From an uncultured Eubacteriales bacterium (lineage in GTDB: Bacteria; Bacillota; Clostridia; Christensenellales; Aristaeellaceae): a stretch of DNA of 64,000 bases. Both the position numbers and the translations under genes were made by a program. A model generated the notes under the pieces. It was not told where the DNA came from, ran no database searches, and saw only the letters and a list, made by a program, of their open reading frames with translations. The stretch is from the NCBI GenBank assembly GCA_902793605.1, contig CADBEB010000014.1, positions 3,265 to 67,264 of the forward strand. The letters run 5' to 3'. This document shows, piece by piece, positions 1-9,268 of the stretch (position 1 is the first letter of the stretch; each line of letters opens with the position of its first letter).

Positions 1-1867
1 CTCTGTATCCGCCCGCGCCGGTCACCCGGCAGTTGATGAACACGCTTTCCTGCGACCAGGTCGGATGCAGGTTGAACGCATACAGCAGGCCGCCCCGGGC
101 GAAGATCAGGAGTTTCTTCTCATTGTCGATCCACAGGCTTTCCGCAGGACCGCTGCAATGAACCTTGTGGGTGTTCATCAGGTAGGTCATGCCCCGGTCG
201 AAGTTGGCCAGCCATTCGAATTTCGTGTTCCAGTTCATGACCAGTGACCACTGGCGCCGGGCATAGTGGTAGCTCCATTGATTGCCTTCCCGCGGGAAGT
301 CCACCCATTCCGGATGGCCGAACTCGTTGCCAATGAAGTTCAGATAGCCGTTCCCGGCCAGAGAACAGGTCAGGAAGCGGATTACCTTGTGCATGTCGAT
401 GGCCCGGTCCATACTCAGCGAATGGTATTCCTTGTCCATGCCGGTATACATTTCCGCGTCCGCCAGCCGGAACATCAGGGATTTGTCACCCACCAGCGCC
501 TGGTCGTGGGACTCCGCATAACCGATGCTCATCTCTCCGGGACGTCCGGCCGTCAGTTCATGCCAGAGATAATGCATATCCCAGTTCTCCTGCATCTGGT
601 CCTTGACCAGCTTGATCCATATATCCGGGATGCCCATGGCCAGCCGGTAATCGAAGCCAACGCCGGCGTATTCCAGCGGCAGGCACATTCCCGGGAATCC
701 GCTCATGTCCTCCGCGATCGTCATGGCTTTGGGATTGATCCCGTGGATCAGCTCGTTGGCCAGCATCAGGTAAATCCGCCCGTCCACATTGGTGTTCATG
801 GAGAAATAGGAATCGTATCCGTTGAACGAACAGTTTCCATGGTTCTCATACATCATGGAGGTCACGCCGTCAAAACGGAACCCGTCAAAGTGAAACTCCT
901 GCTGCCAGTATTTCAGGTTGCTCAGAAGGAAGTTGATCACATCATGCTTGCTGTAGTCAAAGATCCGTGTCTTCCAGTCCGGATGCCAGCCCCGGTCCCC
1001 GGGCAGGAAATACTGGTCGTCCGTACCGTCCATCTGGTTCAGCCCTTCCCCGACGTTCGGGCAGGCATGGCTGTGCACCACATCCAGCAGGACGGAGATG
1101 CCCAGCTGATGCGCTTTGTTGATCAGGTATTTCAGGTCTTCCGGCGTACCATAGCGATGGGAAGGCGCGTAGAAGTTCGTCACCTGGTAGCCGAAAGAAG
1201 CATAATACGGATGCTCCTGGATCGCCATCAGCTGCACGGTGTTATAGCCCGCGTACTTAATCCAGTCAAGCGTCTGATCCGCGAACTCCCGATAGCTCCC
1301 GATGTGTCCGTGCTCCTGCGCCATACCGATGTGCGCCTCATAGATCATCGGGGAGTCCGGCCGCTGTTTTCCGTAGAAATCCCCGTCCGTCCATTGGAAA
1401 GGCTCATCCGGCATCCAGATCTGGCCGCACAGCGTTTCCGTGGCCATATCCATCACGCACCGGGTGATGTAGGCGGGGATCCGCTCAAAACTGACGCCCT
1501 GCCGTCCCACCATCAGTTTAATATACTGCCCGTGCTTCAGGGCGTCCCAGCCATCCAGCGTGATTTCCCATACGCCGCCGCCGATGTGATGCAGCGAGTC
1601 TTTCCATTTGGCCCAGTTGTTGAAATCACCGGTCAGCCAGGCGGCGTCGGCACCGGGCAGCCATTCCCGGAAAACCCAGCCGGTCTCTGTCCGGTGGAAG
1701 CCGAAGTAGTTGTATCCGTTGGCAAAGTCGGCCAGGGAATTGTTCCCGGCCAGATGCCAGCGACAGTCGTTGTAGCGGTCCATGTGCATCCGGATCTCTC
1801 CGCTGTATGGCGTCAGTCCCGGATCTTTTTCCATCAGGAACCATAAGGCGTCATCCACATGAATCAT
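1..1867 (-). CDS. glgB: 1,4-alpha-glucan branching enzyme (GH13), C-terminus cut by window edge
   Basis: Absent from the ORF track because it has no stop inside the window. Reading the reverse strand from ATG at 1867 (GAGGAAAG just upstream) gives MIHVDDALWFLMEKDPGL..., open to position 1. It contains the branching-enzyme motifs DVVHSH, GFRFDGVTSMMY, IAEDMSG and YAESHDQ. Confidence 0.9.
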   Translation of the reverse strand, partial: MIHVDDALWFLMEKDPGLTPYSGEIRMHMDRYNDCRWHLAGNNSLADFANGYNYFGFHRTETGWVFREWLPGADAAWLTGDFNNWAKWKDSLHHIGGGVWEITLDGWDALKHGQYIKLMVGRQGVSFERIPAYITRCVMDMATETLCGQIWMPDEPFQWTDGDFYGKQRPDSPMIYEAHIGMAQEHGHIGSYREFADQTLDWIKYAGYNTVQLMAIQEHPYYASFGYQVTNFYAPSHRYGTPEDLKYLINKAHQLGISVLLDVVHSHACPNVGEGLNQMDGTDDQYFLPGDRGWHPDWKTRIFDYSKHDVINFLLSNLKYWQQEFHFDGFRFDGVTSMMYENHGNCSFNGYDSYFSMNTNVDGRIYLMLANELIHGINPKAMTIAEDMSGFPGMCLPLEYAGVGFDYRLAMGIPDIWIKLVKDQMQENWDMHYLWHELTAGRPGEMSIGYAESHDQALVGDKSLMFRLADAEMYTGMDKEYHSLSMDRAIDMHKVIRFLTCSLAGNGYLNFIGNEFGHPEWVDFPREGNQWSYHYARRQWSLVMNWNTKFEWLANFDRGMTYLMNTHKVHCSGPAESLWIDNEKKLLIFARGGLLYAFNLHPTWSQESVFINCRVTGAGGYR

Positions 1868-1911
1868 GTGCTTTCCTCACTTTCTGCCAGTCTGATATCA
1901 ACGTTCTTTGG

Positions 1912-3594
1912 TCAGGATGATAAGGAAGCCATTTCTGAACTGAGCCGCTCTGAAATGTCCAGAAAATCTTCCGGGACGATCTTGGCAACCTTCCTGTCAT
2001 AAGTCAGGAGGCCGTTCGTTTCGTCTTCCACATCGGATACCTGCGTATAGATCGCCCCGCAAAGGCCTTTGCGGCGGATCTGGGGAAGAATCTGTTCCAG
2101 GTAATGCGCTCTCAGATCGGTCACAAACGCGGACCGGTCGGCGTATTTCTTGTAGCCGTAGGTCTTTTCCAGGTTATAGCTGTGTTCGGGAATTTTGCAG
2201 GACCAGCCTCCGAATTCCGACAGGAGCTGCGGCAGGTTCTTTTTCCCGATCCGGACATTCCAGTAGTAGTCATGGATGCTGTCGACGTCGCTCTTTTTCT
2301 GGTGGAACCAGCCCGACGTGCTGTCAATGAACCGGTCAGGATCCAGGGCCTTCAGCCGCTCGTATGCCTCATCCGCGCAAAACTGCCCCCAGCCTTCGTT
2401 GAAGATGGTCCACAGGCAGATGCAGGGATAGTTCCGCAGCAGCCGGACCGTTTCCTCCATTCCGTGCAGGAAATTCCGCCGCATCTCCGGATCCCTGTGC
2501 AGCCTCCTGTCGGATTTTTTCCGGAAGAGCAGAGTCGGCAGCAGGGTATCCTGCAGGAAGCGGTACTCGCCGCAGTTGACCATATCCTGGAAAACGATCA
2601 TACCCAGCCTGTCACAGTCGTAATAGAACTGTTCCGGCTCGATTTTGATGTGCTTGCGCAGCGTGTTGAAGCCCAGGGCCTTCATGGCCAGGATATCCCG
2701 CTCGTACTCCGCCGCCTCTGCGGGCGTGTAGATCCCGTCGCTCCAGTATCCCTGGTCCAGCAGGCCGTGGAAGAAAAACGGTTTCCCGTTCAGGCACAGG
2801 CGGGGTTTCCCTTCGATGCGCTTCACGGACAGGGTTCTCAACGCAAAATAGGACTCCACCCGGTCCTCCCCGCCGGTCACCGTAAAGCGGTACAGCCGGG
2901 GATGCTCAGGGCTCCACATTTCCGGATCCGGGATCCCGATCCGTACCGATCCGTCCGTCAGCGGATAATCCCTTCCCTCCAGGGATACGATTCCCTCCGT
3001 GATCCCTTCCGCCCGGATCTCGGCATAGTTCTCTCCCGTGCAGACGTCCAGGCTCCGGATATATTTTTCCGGAACAGCCTCCAGCCAGACGGTCTGCCAG
3101 ATTCCCGATACGGGGGTATACCACATGCCGCCCCGGTCTTTCTTCTGCTTTCCCCAGAGATGCTGATGGGACAGGTCATGGGAGCAAATGACGGTAATCT
3201 CATTTGATCCGGGCCGGAGCAGGTCCGTGATATCGGCCGAAAGGGGGAAATAGCATTCCTCGCCTGTTGCCGCGGTTTTTCCGTTGATCCGTGCTTCGGA
3301 AACCCGGCTGACAGCGCCCAGGTGCAGCAGGATGCGAAACCCTTTCCAGTCGTCCGGGAGTTCAAACGCGCGGCGGTAGATCATTTCCTGTCCGTACTCC
3401 ATCTTCCAGGCAAGGCCGGACAGCAATGATTCGGGACAGAAGGGAACCCGGATGACGGCATCCCTTCCGCCGGCGGAAAACGACCACTCCCCGTTCAGGC
3501 ACAGCCATTTTTCCCTGACCATCCGTGGCCGGGGGTAGGTGTTCCAGGGGATTCCGGAAAGCGACCCGCCTGCGGTTGTAAATAATGGTTGCAT
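1912..3594 (-). CDS. glycoside hydrolase family 2 protein
   Basis: 560-aa ORF with AGGAGAAA RBS. GH2-like sugar-binding N-terminus and TIM-barrel motifs (NTLRKHIKIEPEQFYYDCDRLGMIVFQD, WTIFNEGWGQ). Confidence 0.8.
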   Translation of the reverse strand: MQPLFTTAGGSLSGIPWNTYPRPRMVREKWLCLNGEWSFSAGGRDAVIRVPFCPESLLSGLAWKMEYGQEMIYRRAFELPDDWKGFRILLHLGAVSRVSEARINGKTAATGEECYFPLSADITDLLRPGSNEITVICSHDLSHQHLWGKQKKDRGGMWYTPVSGIWQTVWLEAVPEKYIRSLDVCTGENYAEIRAEGITEGIVSLEGRDYPLTDGSVRIGIPDPEMWSPEHPRLYRFTVTGGEDRVESYFALRTLSVKRIEGKPRLCLNGKPFFFHGLLDQGYWSDGIYTPAEAAEYERDILAMKALGFNTLRKHIKIEPEQFYYDCDRLGMIVFQDMVNCGEYRFLQDTLLPTLLFRKKSDRRLHRDPEMRRNFLHGMEETVRLLRNYPCICLWTIFNEGWGQFCADEAYERLKALDPDRFIDSTSGWFHQKKSDVDSIHDYYWNVRIGKKNLPQLLSEFGGWSCKIPEHSYNLEKTYGYKKYADRSAFVTDLRAHYLEQILPQIRRKGLCGAIYTQVSDVEDETNGLLTYDRKVAKIVPEDFLDISERLSSEMASLSS

Positions 3595-3696
3595 GATGCT
3601 GTTTCTCCTGAAAATCCGCCTGTCCGCGGCAGAATATGTTTCTTTCGTATAGGATATATATACAATACAAGGGGGATTTTGTCCAGTTCTGCAGAA

Positions 3697-3733
3697 TAAA
3701 AAGGATTCCGGATTGTCCGGAATCCTTTCGCTT
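3697..3733 (-). terminator. rho-independent terminator after 3743..4291 gene
   Basis: Stem AGGATTCCGG (3702-3711), loop ATTGT, stem CCGGAATCCT (3717-3726). An A-run on + gives a U-run on the - strand. Confidence 0.6.
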
Positions 3734-3742
3734 TGTGATTCT

Positions 3743-4291
3743 TTACTTTTCAGGAGCGACGAAATCCATATCGCTCAGGACCTTGATGCAGGCGTCGATC
3801 TGTTCCTGGGTCAGGCCGCCTTCATCCACTGCCACCAGGGTGAACTCGATCTCATAGCCTTCATACAGCGAGTAGATGACCACTTCAGACTTGTCCGGCA
3901 GCTGGGCGATCAGCAGCTTGGTGCCATGCTCGGTCTCACCGTAGGAAATCTCGAAATCAGGATCTTCCCAGTAGAAGGAAGCTTCGATTTCCTTCAGATC
4001 CTCATCGCTGATCGTATTCAGCTTGCTGCCGGATTCCCAGGAGTCTTCCAGGCCGACGCTCAGCTGAAGAATCGGCTTTGTTTCATCATCAGGCTCGAAG
4101 TAAGCAAGGATGCGGGTTTCATCCGCGCGCTTGATCTTCATCCTGTAGCCTTCGGGAATGGGGGCTACGATCGTGAATTCCCCGTTAACGCTCAGGGTTC
4201 CGAGGGTTTCCTTCGCGACGGTCTCCGCCAGTGCGGCTGCGCAGCTCAGCAGCAGCGCCAGGCTCAGCAGAATGGAAATGATTTTTTTCAT
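3743..4291 (-). CDS. secreted hypothetical protein (signal peptide, possible lipoprotein)
   Basis: GGAGGAAACAGAAA RBS. N-terminus MKKIISILLSLALLLSCAAALA. No family recognised. Confidence 0.7.
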   Translation of the reverse strand: MKKIISILLSLALLLSCAAALAETVAKETLGTLSVNGEFTIVAPIPEGYRMKIKRADETRILAYFEPDDETKPILQLSVGLEDSWESGSKLNTISDEDLKEIEASFYWEDPDFEISYGETEHGTKLLIAQLPDKSEVVIYSLYEGYEIEFTLVAVDEGGLTQEQIDACIKVLSDMDFVAPEK

Positions 4292-4343
4292 TTTCTGTTT
4301 CCTCCATAAATAATCTCAAATCAGTTAAGGCTTCCGCCGGAGC

Positions 4344-4943
4344 TTACTTCTGCAGGAAGTCGCTGCGGACAAAGCCGACCCAACCGGTATCCGGATCCTC
4401 TACCTGGTACCAGTCCTTCAGCTCAGCACGCACCAGCAGCCGCTCGCCGGAGGAATAGGCATGGATCAGGGGCGCCTTCTTGCTGGGAGCCCAGCGCATG
4501 TTGATCAGACCGGAAGCACGCTTGTGATAGGTCGTCACATCGTAGGGGGTCACAAACCGGGCCTCCTTGAATTCCTTGATGATGTCACTCTGCACACCCG
4601 CAGTGCTGCTGCCGGAGCCGCCGCCGCTGGGCTTGGAAGGTGAAGGACTCGGAACATAGACGCCGGGATCATAGTTCACCAGAAACCTGGTCAGCACGTA
4701 CACTTCGTCTGAACCGGCCGGCAGGACGATCGGCGTATATCCGTTTGCGGATACTCCGGAAATCATGACCTGCGTACCGTAAGGAACGCCGGTAATGTAC
4801 TCATAGTCCTTCCCGGGGCCGCTGCGGCCGTTCGCGGGCTTGCCGTTGCCGGTCTTGATCCACCGGATATCAGCGAATGCAGTGGACACCAAGACCGTCA
4901 TCACCAACATAATGGCGATTACCAAAGTCAGGAAACGTTTCAT
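4344..4943 (-). CDS. secreted protein with two SH3b-like domains
   Basis: AAGGAGG RBS and signal peptide MKRFLTLVIAIMLVMTVLVSTAFA. Two SH3-like segments joined by a PSPSPSKPSGGGSGSS linker; the C-terminal one reads GERLLVRAELKDWYQVEDPDTGWVGFVRSDFL. Confidence 0.75.
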   Translation of the reverse strand: MKRFLTLVIAIMLVMTVLVSTAFADIRWIKTGNGKPANGRSGPGKDYEYITGVPYGTQVMISGVSANGYTPIVLPAGSDEVYVLTRFLVNYDPGVYVPSPSPSKPSGGGSGSSTAGVQSDIIKEFKEARFVTPYDVTTYHKRASGLINMRWAPSKKAPLIHAYSSGERLLVRAELKDWYQVEDPDTGWVGFVRSDFLQK

Positions 4944-5044
4944 TAGTTTTTCCTCCTTGTCTGACGGAGTGCCGGAACAGTTCGGTTCCGATCTGTCACA
5001 GCCTCCAGATAGTATTTTATTAACACAATGTTACACAATATAAC

Positions 5045-5105
5045 TTGTCAATTGTATATGACAATATGTCATTATCTGTCCGTGTTGATTTGTCATTATC
5101 TGTCC
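5045..5105 (-). promoter_or_regulatory. operator-like repeats and putative promoter upstream of the SH3 gene
   Basis: Exact 15-bp direct repeat TGTCATTATCTGTCC at 5067-5081 and 5091-5105. Inverted repeat TTGTCA(5045-5050)...TGACAA(5059-5064). On the - strand, TTGTCA-16nt-TATATT lies just downstream of the repeats. Confidence 0.4.
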
Positions 5106-5129
5106 ATACTTTTATGATTCGTATCCGGG

Positions 5130-6563
5130 TCACTTTCTTTTCTTTGCGACAGCGACAATATACACCGCGAACAGGATAGCCGCGAAGGCTGCGCCTGCGG
5201 GATACGCGATCGCGGATGAAAGGCCGAATCCCTCCCCAGCCATCAGGATATAGGTCATGCTGACCGCGGACATAAAGGTTGCGGGCAGCGCGGTCAGCAG
5301 GGACATGGATTGCTTTTTCCCGTTCTTCAGCAGATAGGCCGTTGCCACCCACAGAGAGATCATCGCCAGCGTCTGGTTGCTCCAGGAGAAATAGCGCCAC
5401 AGCACATTGAAATCCAGCTGGGTCAGCAAGGCGCCGACAGCCAGGAGCGGCAGGGTAATGATCAGCCGGTTCCGGATCTTTTTCTGTTCCAGGTGTGTAA
5501 TCTCCGCCAGGATCAGCCGGGCGCTGCGGAACGCGGTATCCCCGGAGGTGATCGGACAGACCACCACGCCGATCACAGCCAGCACGCCACCGATGCTTTT
5601 CAGCATCGTGCGCGAGATTTCCAGCACCACGGAGGACGGTCCCGCACTGGAGAGCGCCTCATTCAGGAGATCCGCCCCGCCGTAAAATGCCACGCCCGCC
5701 GCGGCCCAGATCAGCGCGATTACGGATTCGGTGATCATCGCGCCGTAGAATATCTTTCTCCCCTGCCGTTCGCTGGTGATGCACTTGGCAATCATCGGCG
5801 ACTGCGTGGCATGGAAGCCGGAGATCGCGCCGCAGGCCACCGTGACGAACATGAAAGGCCATACGGGAAGGCCTTCCGGATGGTTACCCCCCTGCGTGAT
5901 TTCCGGGATGGTGTAGCCGCCGAAGATCGTTCCGCCCAGCACGCCGAGGGCCATTACGATCAGGATCACGCCGAATATCGGATACAGCTTTCCGATCAGT
6001 TTGTCGATCGGCAGCAGGGTAGCCAGTACGTAATAGATCAGGATCACGACAATCCAGAAGGTTCCGCTCAGGAAAAACGAACCCGATTCCGGAGAGAGCT
6101 GATGCAGCAGCTGGGAAATCAGCGCAGCGGGACTGGTCACGAACACCGTTCCGCACAGGATCAGGAGGATCACGGAGAAGATACGCATGACCCATTTCGC
6201 GGCTGTTCCCAGGTAGACTCCCGACAGTTCCGCAATGGAGGCGCCGCCATGTCTGCTGGAGATCATGCCGCTCATATAGTCGTGCACCGCACCGCCGAGG
6301 ATCGATCCGAACACGATCCACAGGAAGACCACCGGCCCGAAGCAGGCACCCATCAGCGCACCGAAGATCGGCCCGGTTCCCGCAATGTTCAGCAGCTGGA
6401 TCAGGAAAGCCCTCCAGGGTTTCATCGGCACACAGTCCACCCCGTCGTTAATGGCGATGGCGGGTGTTGCCCGGTCATCCGGAGAAAAAACCTTTTCGGT
6501 GACTCTGCTGTAAACGGCGTATCCGACCAGAAGCACAACCAGGGACAGGATCAGGGAAATCAT
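5130..6563 (-). CDS. cstA: carbon starvation protein A family transporter
   Basis: 477 aa, polytopic. N-terminus MISLILSLVVLLVGYAVYSRVTEKVF...LIQLLNIAGTGPIFGALMG is typical of CstA. Confidence 0.9.
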   Translation of the reverse strand: MISLILSLVVLLVGYAVYSRVTEKVFSPDDRATPAIAINDGVDCVPMKPWRAFLIQLLNIAGTGPIFGALMGACFGPVVFLWIVFGSILGGAVHDYMSGMISSRHGGASIAELSGVYLGTAAKWVMRIFSVILLILCGTVFVTSPAALISQLLHQLSPESGSFFLSGTFWIVVILIYYVLATLLPIDKLIGKLYPIFGVILIVMALGVLGGTIFGGYTIPEITQGGNHPEGLPVWPFMFVTVACGAISGFHATQSPMIAKCITSERQGRKIFYGAMITESVIALIWAAAGVAFYGGADLLNEALSSAGPSSVVLEISRTMLKSIGGVLAVIGVVVCPITSGDTAFRSARLILAEITHLEQKKIRNRLIITLPLLAVGALLTQLDFNVLWRYFSWSNQTLAMISLWVATAYLLKNGKKQSMSLLTALPATFMSAVSMTYILMAGEGFGLSSAIAYPAGAAFAAILFAVYIVAVAKKRK

Positions 6564-6690
6564 TTTTCGGTTCCTTCTTTCAAAAATCCTTTGGAGTACA
6601 GAAGGCCGGCAAAACGCTCAGCCGGCCTTCTTTTCCTTTCATACAGCCGCTGTTTCGCAAACGCAGGGGCAGCTGTCCTGCGGGCGGGGG

Positions 6691-7296
6691 TCAGTCGGTT
6701 ACGCTGACGGGATCGGAGCCATAGTCCTGATAGGCTTCAATGTCCAGCTGATTGGCTTTCACGTATTCCACAACCGCAACGCGCTGGTACTGATCCAGGA
6801 TGCTGTCCTCGGCAGCGCCGCTGCTCCGGAAATACATCTCTTCCAGTTCTTTATCTCCGTTGGCAAAGCGGACGATGTCCTCCGAATACTGTTCTCCGTC
6901 TCCGGCGCTTTCGAAGGACGCCACCTTCCAGGCACCGTCTTTCTTCTCAAGCTTCATGATGCCGGGGCATTCTCCGCCGGCGGTAACTTTCAGGATCTTT
7001 CCGTCTGCCTTATAGGCGAAAATCCAGAAGTTGCCGTAAACCGTAGCTTCCGTCTCATCTTCGTTTGTTTCTGCCTTCAGGATAACAGGCGTAGGAATCA
7101 GCACCCCGCCTTCCTCTATCGTGAAACCGAAGTCATTATTCAGCATATAGTCCACAACCGCCGCTCCGACAGGATCTTCATCCGCGAAAGGATACACGTA
7201 TGCCGGGAGAGCCGACCCCTCCGCGAGTGTGGCAGCTGCCAGCAGTATGAGAACCAGTGCCAGCATCATTGCAATCATCGGTTTTCTGTTGTTCAT
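6691..7296 (-). CDS. secreted/membrane-anchored hypothetical protein
   Basis: Start re-set to ATG 7296 (AAAAGGAGGTAACAAAT upstream), giving MNNRKPMIAMMLALVLILLAAATLAEG. The track start at 7356 has no RBS. Confidence 0.65.
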   Translation of the reverse strand: MNNRKPMIAMMLALVLILLAAATLAEGSALPAYVYPFADEDPVGAAVVDYMLNNDFGFTIEEGGVLIPTPVILKAETNEDETEATVYGNFWIFAYKADGKILKVTAGGECPGIMKLEKKDGAWKVASFESAGDGEQYSEDIVRFANGDKELEEMYFRSSGAAEDSILDQYQRVAVVEYVKANQLDIEAYQDYGSDPVSVTD

Positions 7297-7513
7297 ATTT
7301 GTTACCTCCTTTTGATTTCTGTCTGCAAAGACCACAGGCACCGACCCGTGTACCACTCTTATAAAAGTGCCTTGTCTTTGCCGGATCTTTTTTTATTCTA
7401 TACCAATTCCGGCTGCCGATCAACAAATGTGCCAGAATGTCAACATTTGTCTGTCCCGGTTTATGTTCCCGGTTTCCCGGCTGTTTTTGCGTGTGAAAAA
7501 AACTGAACACCGG

Positions 7514-7542
7514 TTGAAATTGTCGCCGGAATCAGACATAAT
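7514..7542 (+). promoter_or_regulatory. putative sigma-70 promoter for the SBP gene
   Basis: TTGAAA (7514-7519), 17 nt, CATAAT (7537-7542), about 50 nt before ATG 7591. Confidence 0.4.
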
Positions 7543-7590
7543 AGAATCAATCGGAACACAGGGACAAAATGCGAAAGGACGGATCTGGTT

Positions 7591-9174
7591 ATGAAAAAAA
7601 TGATGGCATTGCTGATTTCATTCATTCTTCTGCTTTCCGCTTCCGCTTTTGCGGACGGTGCGGAACCCGGCCTGCTGCGGACGGCGATCATCTACGACAT
7701 CTCCACCCTGGATGTCGCGGAGACCACGGACAACTACCTGATCCCGATGAATGTCTTTGACCGGCTGTTTGAAACGCGGCCCGCCGACGGCGCCTGCGAG
7801 GTGGTCAAGAGCCTGGTGACGGACTACTCCGTCAGCGCGGACGGCCTGACCTACGACTTCACCCTGCGGGATGGCGTCGTGTTCTCCAATGGCAGCGCGC
7901 TGACCGCGTCGGACGTGCAGTACAGCTTTGAGCGGCTGCTGAAAATCGCGAAGGATAACACCGACATCCCGCTGGAGATCGCGGGCGGCGAAGCGGTGAT
8001 GAAGGGCGAGGCGGATTCCCTTGAAGGATTCAGGATCACGGACGACACGCACTTCTCCATCACGCTGGCGGCGCCGAATGCGGGCTTCCCGGCGGAGCTT
8101 TCCGCCCCGGCCGCTTCCATCGTGGACGCGGAGACCACGGCTGCCGCAAAGAACTTCGGCAAAGATCCGGCGGACACCGTCGGCTCAGGTCCCTATATCG
8201 TGACGGAGTGGGTGAGCAACGATCATTATACGCTGGTATACAATGACAAGTACTGGGGCGCGGAACCCACCGTGAAGAAGCTCATCGTCAAGGTCATCGC
8301 GGACCCCAACACGCAGGACCTCATGTTCCAGAACGGCGAACTGGATATCATCGACCTGCAGAACCTGGACAGCGCCATCGTGGCGGGCACCTACAAGACG
8401 AAACCGGCGGACCGGCTGGTCAGTACCCCGAAGGTCGGTCTGACCTACCTGCTGATGAACGAGAACAACCAGTACCTGAAGGACGTGAAGGTGCGCAAGG
8501 CGATCGGCATGGCGATCGACGTTGATTTGTTCATCCAGGGCATTTACATGGGCGACGCCCAGAAGGAGAACTGCATCATCCCGACGGGTATCTGGGGGCA
8601 TAACGACGCACAACAGGGCTTCACCTATGATCCGGACGGCGCGAAAAAGCTGCTGCAGGAAGCCGGGTATGCTGACGGTGAGATCAAGTTCGAACTGGCG
8701 CTGGATTCCGGCGCGAACACCAGCCTCCAGCTGGTTTACGCCTCCATCAGCGACCAGCTGAAGAAGGTCGGGATCGAGGCGACGGTCGCGAGCTACGAGC
8801 ATTCCGCCTGGCTGGCGAAGCGCTCAAGCAGCGAGATGGATTCCTTCGTGGCCCGCTGGGGCATGGACTACAACGATCCGGCGAACATCATGTACACCTT
8901 CTTCGGCAGCGAGGAGAACTCAAAGGGCCGCAGCCTGAACTATGCCGACAAGGATGTCATCGCCCGGGTCGCCGCGGCGCGCTCCATTGTGGATGACGAC
9001 GCACGGCTCAAGGAATACCAGGCACTGGATGAGAAGCTGATCATGGAGGACGCAGCCTGGGTCCCGATGTATACCGAGATGCACCTGTGGTGCCTGGGCG
9101 ACCGGGTGGCCTCCTTCACTCCGCACTGGGCAGGATTCACTGATTTCTACGCCACGGATGTTGTTCTGAAATAA
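7591..9174 (+). CDS. ABC transporter substrate-binding protein, peptide/nickel (family 5) type, orphan
   Basis: 527 aa with signal peptide MKKMMALLISFILLLSASAFA. SBP_bac_5-like body. No adjacent permease or ATPase genes. Confidence 0.8.
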   Translation: MKKMMALLISFILLLSASAFADGAEPGLLRTAIIYDISTLDVAETTDNYLIPMNVFDRLFETRPADGACEVVKSLVTDYSVSADGLTYDFTLRDGVVFSNGSALTASDVQYSFERLLKIAKDNTDIPLEIAGGEAVMKGEADSLEGFRITDDTHFSITLAAPNAGFPAELSAPAASIVDAETTAAAKNFGKDPADTVGSGPYIVTEWVSNDHYTLVYNDKYWGAEPTVKKLIVKVIADPNTQDLMFQNGELDIIDLQNLDSAIVAGTYKTKPADRLVSTPKVGLTYLLMNENNQYLKDVKVRKAIGMAIDVDLFIQGIYMGDAQKENCIIPTGIWGHNDAQQGFTYDPDGAKKLLQEAGYADGEIKFELALDSGANTSLQLVYASISDQLKKVGIEATVASYEHSAWLAKRSSSEMDSFVARWGMDYNDPANIMYTFFGSEENSKGRSLNYADKDVIARVAAARSIVDDDARLKEYQALDEKLIMEDAAWVPMYTEMHLWCLGDRVASFTPHWAGFTDFYATDVVLK

Positions 9175-9183
9175 CCTGCACTG

Positions 9184-9224
9184 AAAAAGCCGGCAGAGTC
9201 ATTCTGCCGGCCTTTCTTTTGTTT
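9184..9224. terminator. bidirectional rho-independent terminator
   Basis: Stem GCCGGCAGA (9189-9197), loop GTCAT, stem TCTGCCGGC (9203-9211). Flanked by an A-run and a T-run, between convergent genes. Confidence 0.7.
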
Positions 9225-9268
9225 CCTGTGCGGGGATCCGCATCGCCTCTGTTCATATTCTGTCTGAC

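Noticed and set aside
266-1846. 526-aa + strand ORF
   Set aside because: Antisense shadow of glgB. His/Arg/Val/Pro-rich junk composition, no RBS, and the opposite strand carries clear GH13 motifs.
2104-3207. 367-aa + strand ORF
   Set aside because: Antisense to the GH2 gene. Arg/Pro/Gln-rich low-information sequence.
6601-6630. Perfect 10-bp hairpin GAAGGCCGGC...GCCGGCCTTC as a terminator
   Set aside because: The U-tract follows it only on the + strand, where no gene ends. On the - strand, where a gene does end, there is no adjacent U-run. It is left uncalled and may be a weak or structural element.
5310-6707. 465-aa + strand ORF
   Set aside because: Antisense to cstA. Extremely Arg/His/Asp/Gly-rich and implausible as a protein.
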